64,000 nt of DNA, from positions 6,021,519 to 6,085,518 of the forward strand of contig CM082580.2 in assembly GCA_040954595.2 (NCBI GenBank). The letters run 5' to 3'. Each line of letters opens with the position of its first letter. Positions within the stretch are counted from its first letter, which is position 1. Below are positions 15,201-27,408 of the stretch, piece by piece. The position numbers and the translations under genes were made by a program. Below the pieces are notes generated by a model. That model did not search any database and was not told the DNA's origin. It saw only the letters and a program-made list of their open reading frames with translations. This DNA comes from Balanoglossus misakiensis. Taxonomy: Eukaryota > Animalia > Hemichordata.

Positions 15201-15596
15201 GCTGGTTGGCAGACCTTTATATGTCTTGTGTTGGTTCAGCGCAACGAGTTGTGACACGTGGGTGGTTACAGACGACACATTACGGCCCATGAACAACCGA
15301 TCTGGTGTGGGGACAAATTGGCCTGCATGTCAAACTCTGACCCCCACATATCTCCACGTCCCGAGTCTTTTAAACAACTTCAGCTCCAAAAAGATTCTGT
15401 GTTAATTCTTTCTCCCTTTCACCACCGGTGTCTGGTACAGCCCAAATGGTTATCAGTGGCACCGCTGGACCTATGCACGCCAAACCGGGGGTGGAAGGGT
15501 GGTTGAATTAATAGCGACTATTAGATCGCAAATTTCTGGTGAAAAAAAAAACTAAAAGCTATACTCACCACTCCGCCTGTTTTCCATGATTGCCAT
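3270..15596 (-). CDS. p120/delta-catenin (CTNND/ARVCF/PKP4)-family armadillo-repeat protein, divergent and N-terminally short, ~660 aa
   Basis: Exons (minus): 15596-15569, 11304-11157, 8665-8428, 7882-7725, 7291-7165, 6793-6633, 6128-5942, 5486-5336, 4989-4760, 3824-3270. All GT-AG with consistent phases; 1983 nt in total. Family motifs: [75 protein letters not shown]. The first exon is the least certain. Confidence 0.88.
3991..4411. mobile_element. TTAA-flanked MITE (Kolobok-like ends) with an internal 25-bp inverted repeat
   Basis: Ends TTAAGGATGTACG (3991) and CGTACATCCTTAA (4411). Internal perfect IR AATAAAATATAGGGGTCACCGCGCT at 4150-4174 / 4294-4318. Confidence 0.75.
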
Positions 15597-16792
15597 CTGC
15601 TTCACCTAGCTCCCGCATATGAAATGAATCTCACGGAATAATACACACACTCTCACACTGTGGGAAGCTGCAGAGGAACAGAGTTCTCCGCCAATGAAAT
15701 TCCCACCAGGAACAGGAAAGGGTTTCCAAGCCCTGCGAATTCACCCGTCGTCAGCGGCAACTACAGAAAATCACCTCTAACTGATTCAGCCATATCCGAA
15801 ACCATGTTTTACACGAAACGGATGATCTGCAACAGAACGCAATCTCCCCGGCTTTTTGCTCGCTTAAATCTGGAAAAGCTAAATCAGAGATAATTCTGTG
15901 GCTGTGTTATTACATACAGCCATCTTTAATGGTTAATGATTGACTCGGCAGAACAGTTAACCCTTGATTCCATTTTTCTTTGCTCCAATTCATAATTTAT
16001 TAACTTGCCGTATCAGTCATACCTTCCGGTTGGGAGAGATTTCAGCTGCCAGCGACGCCGGTTTTATACTGCCGTTTTCTCAGGAAACTACAGCATTTCT
16101 AGGCAGATATTTCATAATCAGAATTGTGCAGCACAAAACTTGCCCAAATTATACTCGACTGTGCAATCGCAACAGTCATATTCACAAGAACGTCTATTAA
16201 TGCATTGCAAAAAAGGCCCAGACTAATTTTAATTGGTTCATTGTTAACTGACTGAGATCGATAAAATTATCGCTATTCAAGCTCATTTGGATCTATTTTT
16301 AAAAACCTTTTCAGATCAATGTGATACATATTTGTTATATTACATGATACACTGATGACCAAAACATATAATACCTAATATCATAAATATGTGAACATGA
16401 ATGAATTTTTTATATAATCCGAATTCTATCTTTTATCTGTCTGCATGTCTGTCTCCTATCACACAGATATGGCAGGAATGTTCAGGTATAGACTTGACAT
16501 GCCTCTTAGATGACAATTTGATGACATTTTGATTTGCAAACAATCAACGCCAACAAAAAAACATGGTTTACCACAACCCGGGACATTCTTAGATGCAGAC
16601 CTGTTCAGTTTTATTAACTTAAAACCCACAAGACATTTCAATTTTCAGACATATGGATTGTAATGTCATTGTTGTTTGGAGTTTTGATTGATTGCGTGTC
16701 AAACGATAACATCCAAAAACTTTGATGTATTAAATTTTTTATTTTGATTTCTGATAAAACATTCTTTCTCTGCAGTATAAATATTAAAACAT

Positions 16793-19700
16793 TTATGGAC
16801 GCTGGCAACCACTTTCCAACAGATAATCTCTCAGTAATACAGTTACCACGAGTACATTCAGACTGTTGCCAAGGAGACGATACCGTTGTCTCAGGGAGGT
16901 AGCTTCTGGAAAACCTGAAAATAAAAAAAAAAATGAGATTGTATTTCAGAATAGCAAACAAAGAAAAAAACTGGAGAGTAATTGAACAAAAAATGGGACA
17001 TAAAAAAGTTCTGATACCAGAAAATTCAATATCACAAGTTTTTATACAAATCGGTTGATGGCTCTAGATCCAGACGAATATTGGGACTGCAAATATCATG
17101 CATGCTTGTCAAAGCACTGAAGCAATATTGACTCAAAATACCATTTAAATGCCGGTATGTTATTTGTCGAGCCATTCATCTATTGACACACCGCAAAGTG
17201 ACTCATCAAAAATTAAACTTGATATTTCTTTGATATGAGGAATTTAAAGCAATGATTTCTGGTAAAATGTATAACTATAAGAAGATGGACTTTACCTATT
17301 TTCTAACACTTTCTTTCTGTCACTTCAGAGATTTGTCTGCTGTGCCCAGTTTTGATAACTACACACACATACACTTAAAAGCAGTAATATGTAATGCCTC
17401 TTCATTTCACTGCGAATTCTACATTTGATTTTTGGCTTCGAGTATGAACTCTCAGACAGTGACCCCAAATTCCAGCGGGATTACCAACGTGAACTTGTCC
17501 ATTCTCACAGGCCACAAGGTGACCTGATGCAAATTGTTGATGCGCCCGGCAACTCAGGCACACCTTTGTAGAACCGAGACCATGCATGACCCACTTTCTT
17601 TCTTTTTTCATCTACACGATCAGAATCTGACCTCTCATTAATTTTAATAATGCTGCCATACGTTCATCACCTTTGGCTTATATTGGGATTTATCATGCAG
17701 ATACATTTGTCAATGAAATAGGGGAATTAGACTTTCCATATGGGTGCCACGGATTTTGAGATATTGAAAGGATTAATATTTCAAATTTGTCACTTGAGTG
17801 GTTTAATAATAATCCTCAAGAGATATGAATCTAAGTATCAAATACAATCACCAATTTTAAAATTAAAAAGACATAAAAATGATATACCGGGTACATGCAC
17901 TAGTAAAATGAATTTCTGTGCCATTGCCATATGGCAGTTTCAAGAGTACTTACTTAATATTCATTAGGTAAAACTGATTACTGTCTAGTGCATGAAACAA
18001 ATTAACTATCGTCTTTTAACATTGTTTAACATATTTTTTCAGATATCATAACTCTATCAATTTCCGAGCATGAACAAAGACACACCAACCAAGTCAACCA
18101 CTATTTACTCAGTTGCATCTCAAGCTTTGAAATCCTGTTTGATGTTGGTTCGGACCGACCTCAAAACAGTGAATGGATCAGTCAACAAATCACACGCACA
18201 CAGATCACACTGACCAATCACAGCAAAGCACATGGATCACACTGACCAATCGCAGCAAAGCACATGGATCACACTCACCAATCACAGCAAAGCACATGGA
18301 TCACACTGACCAATCGAAGCAAAGCACATAAAGAGGTTTTGGACTCACCGAACTCCGGCGGGAAACACATCAAGTTCGCCACCTCTCTTGGTGTGAAATA
18401 TCGGAGTTGAAGTTCACACAGTATCCCTGCTTTGTCTTCAGCATCGTCCGGCAACGAGAGAAACTTCTTGAAAACTTCTGCAGTCTGCAAAGAGGTCATA
18501 GGTCATTAAAAGTTTAATGAGGAAGCCAATATTTATTGAAGAGTTTACTTTTTGACAACTATTTTAATCTATAGCAGGAAAACTCAGAACAGGAAGATGT
18601 TGAAACAGAACACAGATTACGCAACATGCATACAAAAAATTGTCAAACATCAATGCCATACCCCCAGAACTTCCAGAGGGGTTGATTCAACAAATGTAAT
18701 GGCCGATACTACCCAGAATGCAGTAGGCTATTGTAAAAGACAAGACTTACATCAACATTTGAGTTCATTTGAAACACGGACCCGGTGCCCTCTGCGTAGT
18801 GATAATATCTAGAAGTACAAAAGCAGAAAAAAACATGAAAAAACTGAGAATAAAAAAATGGGTGGCCGTTATCATTCGATCTAATCAGACATTGACCTGC
18901 ACCTGGATCAGTATTTCATTTGATAAATTACAGTCTAAATAGTTGATTGCTATTTAATTTGATGACTGATGATTTTACAGTTGTGGCAATCTTGCATGAC
19001 CCTTCACATACTACACACAAACATAAATAATTTACGTGTTACAGCGCATTCACATAAGAAAACCGGGCTCTCTACAAAGGTTAAATGTTTTTAGCACCTT
19101 CACGAGCAGCTTGACCAAATTGACACCAGAGCAATTGTTTCATGTAGAGAATACGTGCTTACGGCAAAATATGCTTACGCTTTTGTGAAGCAACAGGACC
19201 TCTGGGTACTCGGTTTTACAATGTCCATCAGTCGGCCAAATCTTACAAGTGTCTTCTCTGACAACATGTACTCCGAAAAATCCTCACTTCCATCTTCAAT
19301 GAACTCTGCTATCGGTCTGACATCTTGATTCTGTTCTGTGTTTATTTCTGACGGACACTTTTCAGTTCCTTCAGTGAATTTTGGAACGTTTTCTGGATTG
19401 TCTACACTCTTTGCGACAGTTTCTACTGATGCTGAATGCAAGTCTGTCGTTTGGCACACATGAGCTGCTTTTGTGTCGACTTTTTTTGGAGTTTCCACCA
19501 CTGAGGGCGCACTGACACATTCACCAACTGTGAGCGCATTCAAACCGTCGGCAACTGCAGCCAAGTTAAGACTTTCTTCATCATCTCCTTTCCCCACAGA
19601 GGGTGCACTCTTCCCAGATCTGCTGTCTAAGTGTCTTTGTGGAAGTTTTTTTAGTACCTATGTAAAGGAAAGTGCTGTTTTATATTGAAATGTAACAACT

Positions 19701-21561
19701 AATTTAAACTTTATTCACTTTCAAACGATTAAATCTATAGTTTCTCTATGCAATGCAAACAAATTGGCATCAATTGCTTCAACTATTTTTTTAAATATAG
19801 ATCGCGTTCATTCAGACATATAAAAATAAATGGATACTGTTTCCATACCTCTTCTGTAACTTGGAAACCAAAGCTGTGTGGATGCCTTTTAGCCAGAAGA
19901 AAGTACCTAAGCCTGGAGTTGGGAATTCCAAACTGATTTGGCGACAACAGGAATTCCTCAAATGTACAAAATGAAAGATATGTGATTTCATAATGCGATA
20001 CACTGTCAGGTCATATGATCGACAGAGAAAACACCATACCACAGTTGGCCCTTGTCAACTATACCATATGAATAAAGATTGTAGACCGGGGCATGAATCA
20101 TGTTTGTGCACTATTTCGAAAATAATATTGTGTGATATGCAGTAGTAATATGGCAATCCTTACCTGGAATTGATATTTGCATGCCTTCAATGTTTCCACT
20201 AAGTGATTCCTATACATACAATTTGTAAATAAAAAGGTATATATTATAGTTTTGAACAGTTGTCAAGAATTCATTCAAGGGATATCATGTGAGGGAATGG
20301 TTAACATTGGTTCCAAACTCACCATTTTACAAACAAACTCACGTACCTTGTATCAGAATTTTCAAAGCCTTTCACATTCTCAACAAGGATAAAACTCGGA
20401 GGATTCTGGGAACTGAAACCAAAAAACCCCAAATTATATATCCCCATGCAAAAAAGTCCTCCCTCATCATGCATTTCAACATCAACGCAAAATCAAGGCA
20501 AAAATTCACAAAAATTTGATCTACCATCTGTCAAGAAAGACACAAAATTTTATACAAAAAATAATGATGAATATGAGCAATACTGGAAAAAGTAAACAAA
20601 AAACTTTTCACCTGTTGCTAAGTAACATGTGAAATACACATTTATTTACCTTTGTATAAGTTTCAAAACGTGAAAGAAACTCCTCGTTCTGGGATCAGCT
20701 GAGTCAGCTTGTAGACCAACCCTAACAAAAAAAAAAAAAAAAAAAATGATATGGTTCATTCAGGTTATTAGAGATGAATTACCTTTTTTTTATTTATTAA
20801 TTTGTTATTTTCTAACTTGTATTCCTCAAATAATGCAACTCAAATCTGTGTTTACATTTCAAAAAGAACATTCACGTGTAGATATTTTGATGCTCCTATC
20901 TTTCAACTCTGAGTGATGGAAGTATTAAGTTGCACTGTCTTGTAAACAGTTGACAACTGTAACACCCACCTTGTAAATGGTTGGCATGGAGGGCTCATCA
21001 ACAGAACATCGGCTTCTAATTTATCAAACTCCTTGATTGTTATACCCTGGAAAATTGAATGAAGTTATTTATAGAATTACTTGTACCTGTTTTATTTATT
21101 TCAAATATTTTGTGAGTGTGACACAGTATCAACTATAATTCCAATATTGCATCTCTGCACTGGTTGGAAGACACTCATTGATTAAATACTCTAGTATTTC
21201 CTTTTACCCCTTCTCCCCTATCCCCAATCTCCTACCTCAATACTCCTTTGCATTAGATTACTTTGGGGAAAGTTGTGTTTGTACACTTCATTAGCAATGT
21301 TGTTGATATCAACAGCTGCCACCACTTCCAACGGAATACCAGTATCTGCAGACCAAAAGATGAAACATAAACATCTTTGGGCAATCAAACCATAGACAGA
21401 GATCAATCCATTGGAAGTGCGCCTAAAGTAATACATATAATCAATGGCGCAGGGATAGTATACATATCATGCATGATCGCAGAATTTTATATATGCATAC
21501 TTTTCACAGCGTAGTGCATTCCTCCGATTCCGCTGTAGAGTTCCAAGACTTTCAAAGCCAT
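16793..21561 (-). CDS. TRDMT1: tRNA (cytosine-38-C5) methyltransferase DNMT2, ~444 aa
   Basis: Exons (minus): 21561-21501, 21345-21236, 21046-20970, 20721-20650, 20412-20347, 20209-20164, 19956-19849, 19657-19179, 18808-18751, 18484-18349, 16914-16793; 1335 nt. Motifs: VLELYSGIGGMH (I), SPPCQPF (IV), ENVKGF (VI), GIPNSRLRYF (VIII), DNMT2-specific CFTKAYYHYAEGTGS, LRYFTPREVANLMCFP, RLLGNSLNV. Confidence 0.95.
18203..18329. repeat. 32-bp minisatellite, 4 copies, in TRDMT1 intron 10
   Basis: Unit GATCACACTGACCAATCACAGCAAAGCACATG at 18203, 18235, 18267 and 18299, with 1-2 substitutions per copy. Confidence 0.95.
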
Positions 21562-21899
21562 GTTACGATCCTTGGGGTGACGATCCATCAGAGCATTTCA
21601 ACAAAACAAGCGAGACACACGTAAAGTGTGTTCGATGATCACTTCGACGATCAGCTGTTTCGTAGCAGACCGCCAGCTAGCGGTCGACCACAGGGGTCAA
21701 AGGTCACTTAAATGGACACTTGCGTTGGGAAGTGCAGCCGGTGAATCAGCCGGCGTACTGTGGCGGAAATTTTGAACTTGAACTGTGTAGCCTTTGTGAC
21801 AGTGCAAGTACAACGCCTATGATCACCACCTATCACCATTTTGACAACCAGAATAGTTGGTGAGAGTTTCTTGTCAGACGGCACCACTGGCGAATCGAA
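21562..21899. promoter_or_regulatory. Probable bidirectional promoter region of TRDMT1/SLC37A4 containing a DR1 nuclear-receptor element
   Basis: Only 338 bp between the divergent ATGs; locally CpG-richer; GGGTCA-A-AGGTCA at 21694-21706. Confidence 0.6.
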
Positions 21900-24800
21900 A
21901 TGGCAGCGAGCTCACGGTTCAGCCGGTATCGTGCGAGTGTCTTCGTGGCGATGTACGTTGCCTACGTGGGCTACGTAGCGACTAGGAAATCGTTTTCCAA
22001 CGTCATGCCGTATGTTGTCCAAGAGAAAAATGTCAGCAAAAGCGATCTCGGTAAGTGATCTTCGGTGACAAGGAGAAATAAGATCGGCTAATTAAAAAAT
22101 GTCATGCAGTTGTTTGTGATGATATTGATAGTGATATGTTGAATGCAATTTCAAAAATGTCATTTAATTTTAGTACAACCATACATCTCCATACATCTCA
22201 AGCATACTTGCGTGGCACGTATGCCACATAGACCTTATATATATCTCTCTCGAGTACAGTATCTATTCCAGCTTAATTTCTATCCAATGATATGAATTTG
22301 ATTTTTTCAGTCAAACAAGAACTGTTTGTATGAATGATTGGAATGGAAATTATGTGTGGAATTAAATTGATTGTGTTATTCCACCTGATGTCATTTCATA
22401 ATGTTACTTTCTTAACTTTCCCATACACATTGATGCATATTTTTTTTCTGTATAAGGTGCGGCGATATGTTTTCTAAATTTTTCTGCCCTTACCCAAGAT
22501 AAAGTTAAATTAATTAACCAATCTCAATAACAAGGATAAAACTTAAATGTTAAACAAAAAAAGTGTGAAGATTTTATAGTTAGAATTAATTTGTTTGATG
22601 ATTTTCCAGCTCTTTTTGTGTGTTCCAGGTTTTATCATCAGCAGTCAGATGGTTGCATACAGCATCAGTAAATTTCTCAGTGGAGTCTTTGTGGACAAGA
22701 TGAGCCCAAGGATCATGATCAGTGTCGGTCTCTTCTGCTGTGGACTCCTTAACGTTGTATTTCCTGCGTTCGAATCCACCATGGTCTATGCATCACTGTG
22801 GTTTGTCAACGGACTCACTCAGGGTTTGGGATGGCCAGCCTGTGCAAAAATATTAAAACAGGTAATTTCGGTGGAGAACAGATATGTTTCTCATGCAAGT
22901 AGTGGTATACAGTATAAGCATATTGCAATAAATACTGTAAAACACTTTATTTTCGCGAGTCAAAATTTTCGCGATATCGAGAGAGGCCACTGTTTCGTGA
23001 GTATTAATTTTCATGTTTTTTTATTTCATTCACTGCATCGTTATCTTCAAAAAAATTTACGCGACTTTTTATTTTCACGCTATTTTCGCTCTCGCGTATT
23101 TGGCGAAAATTAAATGCTCGCGAAAATAAAGTGTTTTACAGTAAATACATCAGGCCATATTGAGACATATTTGCTGAAAAATATTGTACATTTGATCGAC
23201 AGTGGGTGACTCCATCACAGCTTGGCACATACTGGAGTGTACTGTCAACCAGTATGAATGTTGCTGGCGTAATGGGTCCACCGCTATCCATATTCATATC
23301 AGCATCGTACGGATGGGAGTACTGTCTACAGTTGCAAGGTAAGTATCAGATTTGTAACGTGCACCCCGATTGGTTGATGTTACCACTGCACATGAGCATT
23401 CAGGTGATTCAATACAATCACCTATAGCCTGCCATTTCGAGTTATTCAAGAATATATCTTAAAAAACAAGGAATTTGAAATAAATGTTTAGTGCTTGATA
23501 ATAAAATGATGACAAGGTACTGCAAATTCCAAACCCAGTTTTGTCTCCATTATAAAACATCGTATTTTTACTCTTCCAGGTGGCGTTTCTGTAGTTTTAT
23601 CAGTTCTGTGTTTGTTAGTGATAAGAAACTCTCCCAGTGATGTTGGTTTGGAAAAAGTATCTACAGATACAGGTGGCAAGGTCAAAACTGATACAGGTTA
23701 GATTAAGTCATGTTATATGTTAAAGATATACATACATGTATGTCGAATGGACAAAGTTGCTCAATATTGACTTTATTTTAGTTTCATTAAACTTTGTGTT
23801 GTTCTTCTCACAGAAATATATTTAGTGATCTGTTGTCACAACTCTACTCACATCCTGCATATGGGAATAACATCTGAATACTATTGCAGGGCAATTTTTT
23901 GTGTCAAATTCTTGAATTTATTTTCTACTCTGTTTTGTTTTCTAGTTGTAACTGGAGACGACACAGTATGGGATGTTGTAACCAGTCCCTTTTTGTGGGT
24001 CATCTTTTGGGTTGACTGCATAGCCTTCGGTGTGGCCAGTGGTTGCATAGACTGGTCACAGCTCTATCTTATCCAAGAGATTGGTCTTGGTCCAGAGATG
24101 TGTAAGTTTGATCTTAACCCTTTCACCACCATGGTTTGGCCCAAATCCATTATTTTCCATGGTGAAGTTGAACCTCTATAGAGGGAACTGGGGGTGTAAG
24201 GGAATGTCAGGCCACAATCAGAAGACACTTTTTTGTGCTAAAACTAAAGCATGCTAATATCATCCAAACTTGCATAGAATGTTTTAATTTGGCAGCCGTA
24301 TTTTTGGGTGCTCCTATTCTATTTCCACTCTCAAATTTATTTATTAAACATTACAAGTGTAGTCACACAACTCTCAGTAAGGTCAATAACACAATAGAAC
24401 TTCAGTTTTGGACCCAAATTATGCAGTTTGAAAAATGGCTGCCACTTAGGATTGGCTAGGCTTCTCTTTTCTGTGCAGCTCGAAATTGGTACTAGTACAC
24501 ATTAGTGCATTAAAATGACGATATTAATAGAGTCTATTGTTGTTTTCTCTCTATGGTTTCAAGCAAGTGCCTTTGTGAGTGCTTTGCAGCTGGGTGCTAC
24601 AATAGGAAGCGTTGTGTCTGGCTACCTCACAGACAGACAAGTGGCAAAGGTGAGCAAATAGTCAATTACTTTTTTTTTTTTTTTTCAAACTTGTGAAATT
24701 TTTTGTTGGGAAGTAATGAATCATAATTTTTAGCATTTCTGGTTAGTTGCTGGCTAGGAGTGGGACCCCTGACGATGCATTTACAGACAAAAAAACAGGC

Positions 24801-26274
24801 TTGATGCAAAGTGTAAAAATAAGCTTTTATGGAGTATGTCCGATGCAAAAAGCTCTTGCCTTAATAGGGACACCATTTAATAGCATAACTATTAATGTAC
24901 AACTTTATGTCACCCACTCATGCCATAAATTTGTACCAGAATATAACTTCCTTTGCCTGCAATTATTGCTACCTTAAATAGCTTTTTACCATCTAGGCGA
25001 GTGAAACTCTCATGTGGCAGACAGAACAAATGGAAGCACATAAGTGAAATTGAGTTGGGTCCTATTTGAATTTTGTAGCAGAAAAAATAAGTCAATCCAA
25101 AAAAGCTGAACGAGTTTCTATATGCCAACTACAAAAACAGAACTTTTAGACACACAGAAGTCATGAAATACAGGTATTGCATCCTATTACTGCAACAGTT
25201 GTCGACTTTCTTACCCACAATGCAATCATGCGATTTTGACCCCCTAGCATGATGTAAAAAATGTCAGGTAGGGAGAATTCAACTGACATGTTTTCCCTCT
25301 CTTAATTTTGATGAATTATGTATCATTCACATTCTCATTTTTCCCTTTGGCAGTATGGCATCACACCAAGAGGCAGTGCCAGGTATCCCGCTCTGATGGC
25401 GTTCTTTTTCATGTTGACACTGGCACTACATCTGCTGGTGTTCTGGACAAACAAAGAATCGTCACGGGTGAGAATCTTCTTCATATTGTGTCCTCGCTAT
25501 TCCTCAGTCTCAGTTTCTGTTACCATGGTTACTCAGCTTGAACGTGGTTCGGCATTGGTGATCAGATTATATCGGGTTGAATTTGGCAACTCCTGTAATT
25601 TTCAGACAGATTTCTCGCAAAATTGTCCAAACAATATTAAAATAGTGATTTTCTGCTTTTTTTCCCCGTCCTCACAGCTGTTGATTTTATTCATTGGTTT
25701 TCTGATTGGCAATGGCACATTTGGACCCGTCTCTTTGCTTGGCGTGCTGGTCATAGAACACTCGCCCTCGCATCTCTCTGGAACAGCACACGCCATCGCG
25801 GCACTGGGACCAAACGGTATGAATACAATGTACTCCTTTCTACATTCTGTGTGATGGGATTATTTGCAAGGTCACACTTTCAGAAGTATTCCCAATCTTC
25901 CAAAGTTTGCATTGGTATAAACGGTGTTCATATTTCTTTTACATAAAAAAATCCAAGTACTGGTACTTTCAGATACAGAGATCAATAATTATTGACAGAA
26001 AACCTTGTTATGTGGACTAAATTATTTCCCAACAATATGGTACATCAATATGCCATTACAGTATTATACATGAATGCTGATTTTCCACTGTTCATTTTTT
26101 TCTGTAGTTGGTGCTGTGTTGGCCGGCCTGCCACTCACATCCATAGCAAACACGTACAACTGGGCAGGTTCGTTCATCGCCATGGAGATCAGCTCAGCGA
26201 TCGCGATAGTGATTCTGGGTCTTACGTGGAACATTAACAGCAAGATTGGCAGAAAGGCCATCAAAACTGAATAA
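21900..26274 (+). CDS. SLC37A4: Glucose-6-phosphate exchanger / ER G6P translocase (MFS, OPA family), ~432 aa
   Basis: Exons: 21900-22050, 22629-22861, 23203-23338, 23580-23696, 23946-24101, 24564-24649, 25354-25467, 25678-25816, 26108-26274; 1299 nt, phases consistent. Motifs: RKSFSNVMP, DLGFIISSQ.AYSISKFLSG, NGLTQGLGWPACAKILKQW, WSVLSTSMNVAG, GTAHAI. Confidence 0.93.
22933..23143. mobile_element. TA-flanked MITE, family B (Tc1/mariner-like), copy 1
   Basis: Perfect 27-nt inverted ends including TA: TACTGTAAAACACTTTATTTTCGCGAG / CTCGCGAAAATAAAGTGTTTTACAGTA; lies in SLC37A4 intron 2. Confidence 0.85.
24114..24206. mobile_element. MITE family A, copy 2
   Basis: TTAACCCTTTCACCACCATGGTTTGGCCCAAATCC...CTCTATAGAGGGAACTGGGGGTGTAAGGG; right end degenerate. 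Confidence 0.75.
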
Positions 26275-27408
26275 TCCAAGACCACCTGTGGTTTTTAAAT
26301 TTATTTACGATTTTAATTAATCTCTATTTTACGCCAATTTTCACAAATTGTTCTTTTTCCCCATTTTGTCTACCATGGTTAGAACACACGAGTTCAGTCT
26401 TTGCCCCACACAAATAACAGGGTGCTAACATCATCCAGTCAGTTGCCCATTCCTCTTCCAACAAAACTACCAACTCAGGGAACGATTCAAAGACATCAGG
26501 GTCACCCCTAAAACGATGCAACACCAAAACACAGGTCACAGATCACTGCAAATTGTTCACTGTTAACTTGCTTGATTGTGAGTTTTTTTAATATCAAGTA
26601 CTGAGGTAGTGAGATGTCTGTGTTGGCCTCATATACAAACAAGAGAAGAGGCATTTAGATCTGTAGTCGCATGATTTGTTGTATGGGCAGAATAAAATTG
26701 ACAAATCTTCCAGTTTGGCAGTAGTGACTGCATAATTTTACAAAGCTGAAATAAGTTATTGTCATACACAGGAACGCACAAAATATTTTTTCTTTGCCAT
26801 ACAAGGTGCCATTTGCAAAACTCTGTTTAGAGATTTCTGAATATGTAACTGTAAATTTGACAATCAATCTCAGGGGGCATTATGTAGTGGGTTCTACTTC
26901 TAGTCACTGAGCAAATCATAAGTTTTCATTGGGTTTTTCAAGCTTCTACTATTACCCCTGGTAGAAGGTCATAGGGCTCTCGATCAGTACTATTTTGGGC
27001 AAAGAATAAACCTTTCTTATTTTGAATTTTAAGAAAAGTAACAACTCGGTTGGAATTTAGCCTGAGAGGGCACTCTTCACACTCTGGGATGGACGAAAGT
27101 CAGAACGAAAATCCAACTTGAGATTTGCATGGTGGCAGTTTTGTTTATGTGAAGCTAACAAGTGAATTACTGAATAAATGGGAATGCTTTTATTCAATCT
27201 GTTGTCATTTCCACGATTGGCATTTTTGACAAGTTTTCATCATCCACAATATTGTACTCTAGGTCCAGTACGGCAAAGTGAAACAATGTGCAGTGGTAAT
27301 GAAAAACAAGATCTACATGATCCCATCGTCTCGATTGAACCTGAGATGTCCACCAGGTAGGGAAAGCGTTGACTTGTAATGACAGACAGTACAGAACATT
27401 TCCTTCTT

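Noticed and set aside
18203-18329. 32-bp repeats resembling a CRISPR repeat length
   Set aside because: Units are directly tandem with no unique spacers, no cas genes, and the context is eukaryotic.
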